DNA of 64,000 bases, taken from assembly GCA_017577405.1 (NCBI GenBank), contig PIUA01000025.1:5525-69524 (forward strand). The letters are read 5' to 3'. The position numbers were made by a program, and so were the translations under genes. The DNA comes from Bacillota bacterium (lineage in GTDB: Bacteria > Bacillota > Limnochordia > Limnochordales > Limnochordaceae). The notes beneath the pieces were generated by a model, which saw only the letters and a program-made list of their open reading frames with translations, searched no databases and was not told the DNA's origin. Of this stretch, positions 9,078 through 18,305 are shown one piece after another. The first letter of the stretch is position 1, and each line of letters opens with the position of its first letter.

Positions 9078-10280
9078 ATGGAGGAGCTCGTACAGCAGCT
9101 GGCCACCCCGGGTGGCAAGATGGTTCTTCTGGTCTTGGACGGCCTGGGAGGGTTGCCGCACCCGGAGACGGGCAAGACCGAACTGGAGACGGCCCGGACG
9201 CCCAACCTGGACGCTTTGGCCCGGAAGGGCAGCCTGGGGCTGCACGATCCTGTCGCGCCGGGCATCACCCCGGGGAGCGGCCCGGGGCACCTGGGGCTCT
9301 TCGGCTATGATCCCGTCAAGCACCTGGTGGGCCGGGGCGTGCTTTCGGCCCTGGGCGTCGGCCTGGAGCTGGGTCCCCAGGATGTCGCCGCTCGGATCAA
9401 CTTTGCGTCCATGAAGGACGGAGTGATCGTCGACCGGCGCGCGGGCCGGATCCCGTCGGAAGAGGGCGCCCGGCTGGTGGAGAAGCTCTCCCAAATCCGC
9501 CTGCCCGGGGTGGAGATCGAGCTGAAGGCGGAGATGCAGCACCGGGCGGTGGTGGTCTTCCGCGGGGAGGGTCTTTCGCCCCACGTGACCGACTCCGATC
9601 CCCAGGAGACGGGCGTTCCCGCCCGCCGGGTGGAGCCCACCAGCTCCGAGCCCGAGGCGGCTCGGATGGCGGAGGTGGCCAACCAGTTCATCGCCGAGGT
9701 GAACCGGGTCCTGGCCGATGAGTGGCCGGCCAACACCGTCCTCCTGCGGGGCTTCGACCGGATGCCCAACCTGCCCAGCTTCCAGGAGCGGTACGGCGTC
9801 AACCCCGCGGTCATCGCCGTCTACCCCATGTACCGGGGTTTGGCCCGGCTGGTGGGGATGACCGTTCTCGATGCGGGCCAGGAGATCAGCGACGAGTTTG
9901 ACCGGCTGGAGGCCGCCTGGAACGACTTCGACTTCTTCTTTGTCCACGTCAAGCCGACGGACTCGGCCGGGGAGGATGGGGACTTCGACCGGAAGGTCCA
10001 GGTCATCGAAGAGGTGGACGCCCAGATCCCGCGGCTGTTGAAGCTGGAGCCGGCGGCGATCCTGGTTACGGGCGACCACTCCACTCCGGCCCTCTTCCGG
10101 GCCCACAGCTGGCATCCCGTGCCCTTCCTGATCGCCTCCCAGTGGAGCCGCTGGGAGAACGACTGCGAGGGGTTCGGCGAGCGGGCCTGCTCCCGGGGCC
10201 AGTTGGGCCGGGTTCGGGCGGTGGACTTGATGCCTCTCCTCTTGGCCCACGCCGGGCGGCTGAAGAAGTTCGGCGCCTGA
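9078..10280 (+). CDS. apgM: 2,3-bisphosphoglycerate-independent phosphoglycerate mutase (ApgM type)
   Basis: LLVLDGLGG, TELETARTPNLD, TPGSGPGHLGLFGYDP, HVKPTDSAGEDG and TGDHSTP. Start placed at ATG 9078. Confidence 0.93.
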   Translation: MEELVQQLATPGGKMVLLVLDGLGGLPHPETGKTELETARTPNLDALARKGSLGLHDPVAPGITPGSGPGHLGLFGYDPVKHLVGRGVLSALGVGLELGPQDVAARINFASMKDGVIVDRRAGRIPSEEGARLVEKLSQIRLPGVEIELKAEMQHRAVVVFRGEGLSPHVTDSDPQETGVPARRVEPTSSEPEAARMAEVANQFIAEVNRVLADEWPANTVLLRGFDRMPNLPSFQERYGVNPAVIAVYPMYRGLARLVGMTVLDAGQEISDEFDRLEAAWNDFDFFFVHVKPTDSAGEDGDFDRKVQVIEEVDAQIPRLLKLEPAAILVTGDHSTPALFRAHSWHPVPFLIASQWSRWENDCEGFGERACSRGQLGRVRAVDLMPLLLAHAGRLKKFGA

Positions 10281-10419
10281 GCCAAGGTCGGGGCCTGAGC
10301 AGGGGAGCCGCACCCAGGAGCTGCCAGCGCCGGGTCTGCCCGGCGCCGGGCAGGAGAAGCCATCCTCGCCGGGGAAGCCCCCTGGCGAGGATGGAGTGCG
10401 TGTGAGGGGACGAAGGGCG

Positions 10420-11058
10420 ATGGTGCACGGAGAGGTCGGCGGGCGGGCAGGGCGACGGGCCTCCGGGCGGATCCTGCGCGGAGGGCTCCTGCTCCTGGTG
10501 ATCTGCCTGCTCGCCGGGGGGACAGGCCTGCCCGCCGCGGCCCAGGCGGGCGAGCCGCGCGTCTTGCGGCCGGGCATGTGGGGCGAGGACGTCTTCAACC
10601 TGCAGCGCCTGCTCATCCGGGTGGGCTTTGAGCTGCCCGCCACGGGCATCTACGGCGAGATGACCACGGCGGCCGTTCGGCAGGTCCAGCGGTACGGCGG
10701 CCTGGCGGTGGACGGCGTGGCCGGGCCGGCCACCATCGCCTTCCTCCAAGAGCTGGCCGCCCGTCCCCGCTACGTGGTCCAGCCGGGCGACACCCTCTAC
10801 GACTTGGCCCGCCGCTTCGGCCTCTCCATGACCGACCTGGTGGACGCCAACCTTCTCCAGTCCACCACCCTCCGCCCGGGCCAAGAGTTGGTCATCCCCG
10901 GGTACTGGATCTACTCGGTCCGCCAGGGGGAGACCCTGGGCGGGCTGGCCCGCCGCTTCGGCGTGAACGTGAACACCCTGGCCCGATCCAACGGGCTGGC
11001 CACCAACGCCTCCCTCAAGGCGGGGCAGGCCCTGTGGGTTCCCCTGCCCGACTGGTGA
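10420..11058 (+). CDS. Secreted peptidoglycan-binding protein (PG_binding_1 plus two LysM domains)
   Basis: Signal peptide, GEDVFNLQRLL…GLAVDGVAGPAT, then YVVQPGDTL…LRPGQELVIP and YSVRQGETL…LKAGQALWVP. No catalytic domain visible. Confidence 0.88.
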   Translation: MVHGEVGGRAGRRASGRILRGGLLLLVICLLAGGTGLPAAAQAGEPRVLRPGMWGEDVFNLQRLLIRVGFELPATGIYGEMTTAAVRQVQRYGGLAVDGVAGPATIAFLQELAARPRYVVQPGDTLYDLARRFGLSMTDLVDANLLQSTTLRPGQELVIPGYWIYSVRQGETLGGLARRFGVNVNTLARSNGLATNASLKAGQALWVPLPDW

Positions 11059-11086
11059 GCCCTTCGGCCGGGGGCCCCCGGCGCCG

Positions 11087-11305
11087 TCAGGTCTCTTCCT
11101 GAACCCAGCCGGGCTCCCTTCGGGCCAGCTCCTCCAGCTCGGCGGGGGGCAGGGCCCCCAGGGGGCCCTGCCGGCCCCGGCGCTGGCTGCCCAGCGGGTG
11201 ATCGGCCTCCATGTGGTACTCCTGATGGGCGAGGCATCCGTCGCAGAGCACCCGGTCCGGGCCTGGCGTCGGTGCGCCACAGACCTGGCAGAGACCCGCT
11301 TCCAC
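11087..11305 (-). CDS. Small hypothetical protein with CxxC…CxxC zinc-ribbon motif
   Basis: GTG 11305 after AAAGGCGG; CQVCGAPTPGPDRVLCDGC. Confidence 0.55.
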   Translation of the reverse strand: MEAGLCQVCGAPTPGPDRVLCDGCLAHQEYHMEADHPLGSQRRGRQGPLGALPPAELEELARREPGWVQEET

Positions 11306-11416
11306 CCCGATCCCGCCTTTCACGAGGCCACCATCCTTCCTCAGTCTCCCACCCGGGTCGGCCCGCTACCCCCTTCGGCCCCCGTCGGGCCCTTTCTGGT
11401 GCATCTTTACAGCCCA

Positions 11417-11425
11417 TGGTATGAT
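11417..11425 (+). promoter_or_regulatory. Extended -10 promoter ahead of the 25-codon ORF
   Basis: TGGTATGAT; no good -35. Confidence 0.5.
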
Positions 11426-11444
11426 CGATGGGGGGGTGACGGCT

Positions 11445-11522
11445 ATGTGGCTTCCAGCCCTCATTTGGGCCTTCTTACTGGTAGGCCTGCTGGCCGCCAT
11501 CCGCCGGGACCGGCGGGCCTGA
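11445..11522 (+). CDS. Unannotated 25-aa hydrophobic peptide MWLPALIWAFLLVGLLAAIRRDRRA
   Basis: RBS GGGGGTG 6 nt upstream of ATG 11445; TGA 11520-11522; 19 hydrophobic residues followed by a basic tail. Confidence 0.55.
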   Translation: MWLPALIWAFLLVGLLAAIRRDRRA

Positions 11523-11542
11523 GTGGCCCGGGCGGCCCGCGC

Positions 11543-11621
11543 GCAGGATACCGTTGCTCAGAGGCCGAATCGCGACGAGGTTCGCTCTCACCAGCAGGAC
11601 TTGGTGCGGCAATCGGCGTAT
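11543..11621 (+). promoter_or_regulatory. Tandem SigH-like promoters upstream of the Lrp-ABC operon
   Basis: GCAGGA-N18-GAAT (11543-11570) and GCAGGA-N18-GTAT (11594-11621). Confidence 0.55.
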
Positions 11622-11666
11622 AGAGGGAGCAATCGTGCGGATTTCCCGATGGGTGGAGGGGTTCCG

Positions 11667-12161
11667 ATGACCGAGGCCGACTTCGACGCCCTGGATAAGG
11701 CGATCCTGCTCGAGCTCCAGCGCGATGGGCGGGCGCCCTTCACCAGCATCGCGGCCCGCCTGCAGGTGGCGGAAGGCACGGTGCGCAAGCGGGTCAACCG
11801 CCTGGTGGAGCGGGGCGTCTTGCGGCTGGTGGGCATCATCGACCCGGCCCGGGTGGGCCGGACCATCCAGGCCATCGTGGGAATCCGTGTCGGTGACGGC
11901 CACGTGGAACAGGTGGTCGAGCATCTCCGCTCCCTCCCGCAGGTCCGGTACCTGGGCGTGACTGCCGGCGCCTACGATCTGATCATCGAAGTGGTGGTCT
12001 CCTCCAACGAAGACCTCTACCAGTTCCTCACCAACCAGCTCCGGCAGGTCCCGGGTGTGGCTGCCAGCGACACCTCCCTGATCCTCAAGGTCTTCAAGGA
12101 TCGGTATGAGTGGCGGCCCTACGAGGATGACCAGCCCGCCGCGGGGGAAGCGGGGACGTGA
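11667..12161 (+). CDS. Lrp/AsnC family transcriptional regulator
   Basis: DALDKAILLELQRDGRAPFTSIA…AEGTVRKRVNRL HTH and TAGAYDL. RBS GGAGGG before ATG 11667. Confidence 0.93.
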   Translation: MTEADFDALDKAILLELQRDGRAPFTSIAARLQVAEGTVRKRVNRLVERGVLRLVGIIDPARVGRTIQAIVGIRVGDGHVEQVVEHLRSLPQVRYLGVTAGAYDLIIEVVVSSNEDLYQFLTNQLRQVPGVAASDTSLILKVFKDRYEWRPYEDDQPAAGEAGT

Positions 12162-12194
12162 TGGTCCTGATCCTCTGGAAGGGGGCTGCGCGCC

Positions 12195-13163
12195 TTGAAG
12201 CTGCAGCGCTGGTTCCGCACCGCCGGCCTGCTGGTGGTGCTGGCGGCTCTGGTGACGGCCTGCTCGGCCGGGGTCCAGGCCCAAGCGGTCAGGCTGGGCA
12301 TCATTCAGATCGTTGAGCATCCCTCCCTGGACCAGGCCCGGCAAGGCTTTCTCGACCGGCTGGAAGAGCTGGGCTACACGGTTCAGGCCGATTATCAGAA
12401 CGCCCAGGGCGACATGGCCACGGCCCAGATCATCGCCCGGAGCCTGGCCGAGAGCCGACCGGACCTGATCCTGGCCATCGCCACCCCGACGGCCCAGGCC
12501 ATGGCCCAGGCGACCTCCACCATTCCCATCCTCATCACCGCGGTCACCGACCCGGAAGCGGCGGGCCTCGTCGAGCGGAACGAGCGCCCTGGCACCAACG
12601 TGACGGGGACCTCGGATCTCAACCCGGTGGACCTCCAGCTGGCGCTGGTGCCCAAGCTGGTGCCGGACGCCCGGCGGGTGGGCATCGTCTACAACGCGGG
12701 GGAGGCCAACTCGGTGGTCCAGGTGGAGTGGGCCCGCCGGGTGGCGGCGGAGCTGGGCCTCACCTTGGTGGAGGCGACGGTGGCCACCTCCAGTGAGGTC
12801 TTGCAAGCGGCTCAGAGCCTGGTGGGCCGGGTCGATGCCCTCTACGTCCCCACAGACAACACGGTGGTGAGCGCCCTGGAGGCGGTGGTGCAGGTGGCCG
12901 AGGCGGCCCGGCTCCCCCTGGTGGTGGGTGAGCCTGACAGCGTCGCCCGGGGCGGTCTGATCACCGTCGGCATCGACTACTACCAGCTGGGCCGGCAGAC
13001 GGCCGACATCGCGGACCGGGTCCTGAAGGGAGCGAACCCGGCCGAGCTGCCCATCGAGTACCAGACCAACCCGCGCCTGGTGGTCAACCCGCAGGCCGCG
13101 GCGCGGATGGGGGTCCAGCTGCCCGAAGAGCTCCTGGTTGAGGCGGAGCAGGTCGGGTCGTGA
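12195..13163 (+). CDS. ABC substrate-binding protein (ABC_sub_bind family; putative Trp/Tyr binding)
   Basis: QIVEHPSLD, NAQGD, AIATPTAQA, TAVTDP, NVTGTSD, EANS and PTDNTV motifs. Confidence 0.9.
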   Translation: MKLQRWFRTAGLLVVLAALVTACSAGVQAQAVRLGIIQIVEHPSLDQARQGFLDRLEELGYTVQADYQNAQGDMATAQIIARSLAESRPDLILAIATPTAQAMAQATSTIPILITAVTDPEAAGLVERNERPGTNVTGTSDLNPVDLQLALVPKLVPDARRVGIVYNAGEANSVVQVEWARRVAAELGLTLVEATVATSSEVLQAAQSLVGRVDALYVPTDNTVVSALEAVVQVAEAARLPLVVGEPDSVARGGLITVGIDYYQLGRQTADIADRVLKGANPAELPIEYQTNPRLVVNPQAAARMGVQLPEELLVEAEQVGS

Positions 13164-14074
13164 GCAGCACCTTGGTCCTGGGGATCCTGGAGCAGGGCCT
13201 GGTCTACGGCATCATGGCCCTGGGCGTCTACCTCACCTTCCGGGTGCTCAACTTCCCCGACCTGACCGTCGACGGAAGCTTCACCCTGGGAGGGGCCATC
13301 GCGGCCGCCATGATCGTGGCGGGGCACCGTCCCGCGGTGGCCACCCTGGTGGCCGTGCTTGGCGGCCTGGCCGCCGGCGCGGCCACGGGGCTCCTCCACA
13401 CCCGGCTCCGGGTCTCGGGCCTCCTGGCCGGCATCCTCACCATGACCGCGCTCTACTCAGTCAATCTGCGGGTCATGGGGCGGTCCAACGTTCCGCTGCT
13501 CCGGCGGGAGACCCTCATCACCCAGGTGGAAAGCCTCTGGGCCTCGCCCTGGACCACCCTCCTCTTCCTTCTGGTGGCCGGGCTGGCCGTGAAGCTCTTG
13601 CTCGACTGGTTCCTCCAGACGGAGTACGGCCTGGCCATCCAGGCGACGGGCGACAATCCGGCCATGATCCGCAGTCTGGGGGTGGACACGGACCAGGCGG
13701 TCCTGGTGGGCCTCGCCCTCTCCAACGGGCTGGTGGCCCTGTCGGGCGCCCTGGTCGCCCAGTACCAGGGCTTCGCCGACGTGGGGATGGGTATTGGCAT
13801 GATTGTGGCGGGGCTCGCTTCCGTCATCTTGGGCCAAGCCCTGGTGCGGGTCCGGGGCGTCTTCTTCGGCACCCTGGCTGCCCTGGTAGGCTCCATCCTC
13901 TACCGGGCCGCGGCGGGCCTTGCGCTGAGGATGGGCCTGGCCCCGGGGGATCTGAAGCTGATTACCGCCCTGGTGGTGGTGGCCGCCCTCGCGGTGCCCC
14001 GGACCCTGGAGTGGGCCGGCCAGCTCCGGCGGCAGGCCCGTCCCCGGTCCGAGAGGGGTGGGGAGTATGCTTAG
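13160..14074 (+). CDS. ABC transporter permease (putative Trp/Tyr importer)
   Basis: LGVYLTFRVLNFPDLTVDGSF, LYSVNLRVMG and QYQGFADVGMGIG. GTGA overlap with the upstream gene. Confidence 0.9.
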   Translation: MSSTLVLGILEQGLVYGIMALGVYLTFRVLNFPDLTVDGSFTLGGAIAAAMIVAGHRPAVATLVAVLGGLAAGAATGLLHTRLRVSGLLAGILTMTALYSVNLRVMGRSNVPLLRRETLITQVESLWASPWTTLLFLLVAGLAVKLLLDWFLQTEYGLAIQATGDNPAMIRSLGVDTDQAVLVGLALSNGLVALSGALVAQYQGFADVGMGIGMIVAGLASVILGQALVRVRGVFFGTLAALVGSILYRAAAGLALRMGLAPGDLKLITALVVVAALAVPRTLEWAGQLRRQARPRSERGGEYA

Positions 14075-14861
14075 CCTGCGGGGCGTCTCCAAGCGGTTCC
14101 GGCTGGACGGGGGCTGGGAGCGCCCGGCCCTCCAAGGGGTGGACCTCTTCCTGGCCGAGGGGGACTTTGCCACCGTCATCGGCCCCAACGGCGCTGGCAA
14201 GTCCACCCTGCTCAACGTGGTGGCCGGCACCCTCCGGCCTGAGGAGGGGCAGATCTGGCTGGACGGCCGGGAGCTCTCCCACTGGCCGGAGCACCGGCGG
14301 GCCCGGTGGATCGCCCGGGTCTTCCAGGATCCCTTGCGGGGGACGGCGGCCCACCTGACGGTGGAGGAGAACCTGGCCCTCGCCTGGGCCCGGGGCCGCC
14401 GGCGGGGCCTCCGCAGGGCGGTGGGGGCCCGGGAACGCCGCCGGTTCCAGGAGTGGCTGGAGCAGCTCAACCTGGGCTTGGAGCACCGGCTGAAGCAGCC
14501 CGTCGGCCTCCTGTCGGGGGGCCAGCGCCAGGCCCTGGCCCTGGTGATGGCGGCCGCCACCCGGCCCCGCCTCCTCCTCTTGGATGAGCACACGGCCGCC
14601 CTCGACCCCACGGCCAGCCGCCAGGTGATGGAGCTCACCTGCCGGCTGGTGGCGGAGCACCGCCTGACGGTCCTCATGGTGACCCACAACATGGAGCAGG
14701 CCCTGGAGGTGGGCAACCGGACCCTGATGATGCACGAGGGCCGGATTATCCTGGATCTCCAGGGCGAGGCCCGCCGCCGCATGGGGGTGGAGGAGCTGGT
14801 CGCCTCCTTCGCCCGGCTCCGGGGCGAGCGGCTGGTGGAGGACCGGCTCCTCTTGGGCTAG
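14067..14861 (+). CDS. ABC transporter ATP-binding protein (putative Trp/Tyr importer)
   Basis: GPNGAGKST, VFQDP, LSGGQRQ and LLLDEHTAALDP. Confidence 0.92.
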   Translation: MLSLRGVSKRFRLDGGWERPALQGVDLFLAEGDFATVIGPNGAGKSTLLNVVAGTLRPEEGQIWLDGRELSHWPEHRRARWIARVFQDPLRGTAAHLTVEENLALAWARGRRRGLRRAVGARERRRFQEWLEQLNLGLEHRLKQPVGLLSGGQRQALALVMAAATRPRLLLLDEHTAALDPTASRQVMELTCRLVAEHRLTVLMVTHNMEQALEVGNRTLMMHEGRIILDLQGEARRRMGVEELVASFARLRGERLVEDRLLLG

Positions 14862-14901
14862 GCGCGCCTGGGGCGCGGCTCGTGGGTTGGCCCGCCTCGC
14901 C

Positions 14902-16362
14902 TCAGGCCCGGCGCCAGAAGCTGGGCGTGAGGAGCAGGAACAGGGTGTAGAGCTCCAGCCGGCCTGCGATCATGAGCAGGCTCAGAAACCACTTGAGGGC
15001 CGGCGCCAGCCCCCCGTAGGACCCGCTGGGCCCCAAGGGTCCCAGCCCCAGGCCGATGTTCCCCAGGGTGGCCGCCGCGGTCTGCAGGGCGGTCAGGGGG
15101 TGAAGACCGGCCAGGGCCAGGACAGCGGCCGCTCCGGCGAAGACCAGAAGGTAGAGGAGGATGAAGGCCGTCGCCCCCCGGACGGCCTCTTCACTTAAGC
15201 TCCGCTCCCCCAACCGGATGGGGAGGACCACCTTGGGGTGGAGGAGTTGAATGACCTCCCGGCGGAGGACGCGGGCCAGGATCACCCACCGGATCACCTT
15301 GATGGAGGAGCTGGTGGAGCCGGCACTCCCCCCGATGAACATGGCCATGAGCAGGAGGAACCGGGCCGCCTCAGGCCACTGGGTGGTGTCGGCGGTGGTG
15401 TAGCCCGTGGTGGTGATCAGGCTGACAGCCTGGAAGAGCCCCTGGCGGGAGGCCTCGGCCAGGGGGAGCCCCCCGCGGGCCAGGGTGGCGGTGAGGAGCA
15501 GGGCCAGCACGCCCATGCTCCCCAGGTAGGCCCGGAACTCGGGATCCCGGTAGGCGGCCAGCCCTTGGCCCCGGAAGAGGGCCCGGTCGTGCAGGGCGAA
15601 GTTGGTGCCCGCCAGGACCATGAAGACCAGGATGATCAGCTCCACCACTGGATCCTGGAAGGCCGCGATGCTGGCCGTGTGGCTGGAAGAGCCGGCGGTG
15701 GCGATGGTGCCGAAGGCGTGGACCAGCGCGTCGAAGAGGGAGAGGCCCCGGGCCCAGAGGAGGAGGGCCGCCAGGGCCGTCAGCCCTACGTAGATGGACC
15801 AGACCAGGCGGGCCGCGTCCCGCAGCCGGGGCCGGAGCCGCTCGTTGGCCGTGCCGGAGGCTTCCGCCCGGAGGAGCTGGAGGCCTCCCACCTCCAGCCG
15901 GGGCAGGATGGCGATGGCCAGCACGATGATCCCCATGCCGCCCAGCCAGTGGAGCAACCCCCGCCAGAAGAGGACCCCCGGCGGGTGCGCCTCGATCGCG
16001 GTGAGGACCGTGGCCCCGGTGGTGGTGAGGCCGGAGGTGGCCTCGAAGAAGGCGTCGGTGAAGGAGGGGAAGCTCCCCGACCAGGCCAGGGGCACCGCGG
16101 CCACCAGGGAGGCCACCACCCAACCAAGCCCCACGGTGGCCAGGGCCTCTCGGGGGTGGAGGGCCTCCGCCCCGCCGGAATGGGAGGAACGGCCCCACCG
16201 GCGGAGCCCCCAGCCGGTGAGCCCCGCCCCCAACCCCGCGCCCAGGAAGGCCGGAAAATCAGGCGTGCCGGCCGCGAGGGCCCAGGCCGCGGGCAGGAGC
16301 ATGGCCGCCCCCATGAAGAGGATCAGGGTGCCCAGCATGTGGACGATGAGCCGTATGTTCAC
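14902..16362 (-). CDS. trkH: Trk potassium uptake membrane protein TrkH
   Basis: FFEATSGLTTTGAT, WLGGMGII, TTTGY, MFIGGSAGST, LGNIG and MIAGRLE. Confidence 0.95.
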   Translation of the reverse strand: MNIRLIVHMLGTLILFMGAAMLLPAAWALAAGTPDFPAFLGAGLGAGLTGWGLRRWGRSSHSGGAEALHPREALATVGLGWVVASLVAAVPLAWSGSFPSFTDAFFEATSGLTTTGATVLTAIEAHPPGVLFWRGLLHWLGGMGIIVLAIAILPRLEVGGLQLLRAEASGTANERLRPRLRDAARLVWSIYVGLTALAALLLWARGLSLFDALVHAFGTIATAGSSSHTASIAAFQDPVVELIILVFMVLAGTNFALHDRALFRGQGLAAYRDPEFRAYLGSMGVLALLLTATLARGGLPLAEASRQGLFQAVSLITTTGYTTADTTQWPEAARFLLLMAMFIGGSAGSTSSSIKVIRWVILARVLRREVIQLLHPKVVLPIRLGERSLSEEAVRGATAFILLYLLVFAGAAAVLALAGLHPLTALQTAAATLGNIGLGLGPLGPSGSYGGLAPALKWFLSLLMIAGRLELYTLFLLLTPSFWRRA

Positions 16363-16413
16363 GGGATTGCTGCCTCGCTTGGGTCTCCCCGCTGTGCTCT
16401 TCGGGCCGTCCCC

Positions 16414-17772
16414 TCAACTTCCTCGGAAGAGCGGCTGGACCCTTGGTTCGACCTCCGGCTTGAGGAAGAGGAGGACCTCGTCCCCTGGCTGGATGACGGT
16501 GGCGCCCCGGGGGATGAGGACCTGGTCCTCCCGGATGATGAGGCCGATCACCACCCCGGGAGGCAGCCCCAGGCGGGCCACAGGCCGCCCGGCGGCGCGA
16601 GCGCCCGCCTCCACCACCAGCTCCAGGATCTCGGCCTGGCCTTCGGCCAAGAGGGTGAGGCTCCGCACGTTCCGCCGCTCCACCAGCTGGAGGATGAAGC
16701 TGGCCGTCACCACCCGGGGCACCACGCAGGCTTGGATCCCCAGCCGATGGGCCAGGGGAATGTACTCCTCCCGGGCCAGCTCGGTGATGCAGGTGGGGGT
16801 GCCCCGTTCCCGGAGCATGGTGCCCACCAGCAGGTTCCGGTGGTCGTCGCCGGTGGCGAGGATGCACGCGTCGGCCCGGGCCAGGGCCTCCTCCTCCAGG
16901 AAATCGGGGTCGGCCGGATTGGCGTTGAGGACCATGACCGCGTCGGGGAGCCGCTCGGCCAGGACCCGGCACCGCTGCCGGTCCCGCTCCACCAGCCGGA
17001 CGGCCAGCCCCGGCTTCCGGCCCGTGGTCAGGAGGCGGGCCAGCTCCAAGCCCAGGGGGCCGCCCCCGAAGATGACCACGTCCCGGAGGGGATGCTCGTC
17101 CCGGCCCACCAGCCGCCGGACCTCGTCCAAGGGACCCGCCGCGGCCATGAAGTAGACCCGGTCGCCCGGCTGGATGAGGGTGGCCCCGTCGGGAAGGACC
17201 ACCTCGCCGTCGGGCCGGATGATGCCGGCGACCACCGTCTGCTCCAGGCCCAGCTCCTCGATCCGCCGGCCCGCCGCGGGAGCCTGGGGCTCGATGAGAA
17301 AGCTCACCATGAGCGCCCGCTCCCCGGCGAAGAACTCCACCTCCGAGGCGGCGGGGGTCCGGAGCATGCGGATGATCTCCTGGGCCGCGAGCTCCTCCGG
17401 GCGGACCACCCGGTCGATGCCCCAGCCGGCCAGGCCCGGGCTGCCGGACGGGTCCAGGGTGGCGTACTCGGGATCCCGGACCCGGGCCACACAGAGGGGC
17501 TGGCCCAACCGCTTGGCCACCAGGCAGGCGACAATGTTCACCTCGTCGCTCTCGGTAGCGGCCACCAGGAGCCGGGCCCGCTCGATGCCCGCCTTCCGGA
17601 GGACGGAGGGCGAGGTTCCGGGCCCGGCCAAGGTCATGACGTCCAGGTGCTCCGCCGCCTCCTCCAGGGCCCCGGCCTCCTGGTCCACCAGGACCACCTC
17701 GTGGCCCGCCTCCGCCAGCCGCCGGGCCACCTCAAAGCCGAGCTTGCCCGCGCCGACCACCACCGCCTGCAC
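16414..17772 (-). CDS. trkA: Trk potassium uptake NAD-binding subunit TrkA
   Basis: Tandem RCK_N/RCK_C repeats: VVGAGKLG, ATESDEVN, IFGGGPLG and IPRGATVIQPGD. Confidence 0.94.
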   Translation of the reverse strand: MQAVVVGAGKLGFEVARRLAEAGHEVVLVDQEAGALEEAAEHLDVMTLAGPGTSPSVLRKAGIERARLLVAATESDEVNIVACLVAKRLGQPLCVARVRDPEYATLDPSGSPGLAGWGIDRVVRPEELAAQEIIRMLRTPAASEVEFFAGERALMVSFLIEPQAPAAGRRIEELGLEQTVVAGIIRPDGEVVLPDGATLIQPGDRVYFMAAAGPLDEVRRLVGRDEHPLRDVVIFGGGPLGLELARLLTTGRKPGLAVRLVERDRQRCRVLAERLPDAVMVLNANPADPDFLEEEALARADACILATGDDHRNLLVGTMLRERGTPTCITELAREEYIPLAHRLGIQACVVPRVVTASFILQLVERRNVRSLTLLAEGQAEILELVVEAGARAAGRPVARLGLPPGVVIGLIIREDQVLIPRGATVIQPGDEVLLFLKPEVEPRVQPLFRGS

Positions 17773-17898
17773 GAGGGTCCCTCCCGCCTGGCAGCGTTCG
17801 CCTCGGGGTGGAGCCCGCGCCCAGCCCCTCCCCCAATGGCCACTAGTATACCGTTGGAAGACGGTGGAGGAAAGGGCGTTCCAGCGCCAGGGCCTTCA

Positions 17899-17927
17899 TT
17901 GACCTGGACCAGCCCCTGTGGTACGAT
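17899..17927 (+). promoter_or_regulatory. SigA promoter of the leuS leader
   Basis: TTGACC, 17 bp, TACGAT with extended TG. Confidence 0.7.
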
Positions 17928-17956
17928 ACCGGTATCTGTGAGGTTTCATAGGTTGA

Positions 17957-18243
17957 GGCGATGAAGGGGAGCAGTACCACCCTCTCCCCGGTTCAGAGAG
18001 CCGCCGGGGCTGGGAAGGCGGTCCGGGGCCGGTGGGAACTCGCCCCAGAGCCTGAAGACCGAGACGGCGCCGACGGCGCCGGCGTAGACTCTTCCGGAGG
18101 TGCCCGTTACCGCACCAGCCCGCCTCCTGGATCCGCGGCGATCCACGGGGGCGGGATCGAGGTGGGCGGCGGCCGGCCGCCAAGCGGAGTGGTCCCGCGG
18201 AAGGTAAGCCTTTCGTCTCTGCATGACGAGGGCTTTTTTCTTT
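17957..18243 (+). ncRNA. T-box riboswitch (Leu) upstream of leuS
   Basis: Stem I elements GCGATGAAG…AGTA, AGAGA, GCTG and GAA-CTC specifier (Leu, 18039-18041). Antiterminator GCGGAG-TGGTCCC-GCGGAAGG-TAAG-CCTTTCGT-CTCTGC competes with the terminator. Confidence 0.92.
18206..18243 (+). terminator. T-box intrinsic terminator
   Basis: AAGCCTTTCGTC…GACGAGGGCTT followed by TTTTCTTT. Confidence 0.88.
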
Positions 18244-18305
18244 CAAGGCTTGTGGAACGACCGGGGCGCGGCGGGGCGCCCCTGTGGCAGGGTGAGGTGA
18301 GGGCC

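Noticed and set aside
17961-18305. 115-aa N-terminal extension of LeuS in the ORF track
   Set aside because: The region is the T-box leader with a terminator; the RBS and family N-terminus point to GTG 18306.
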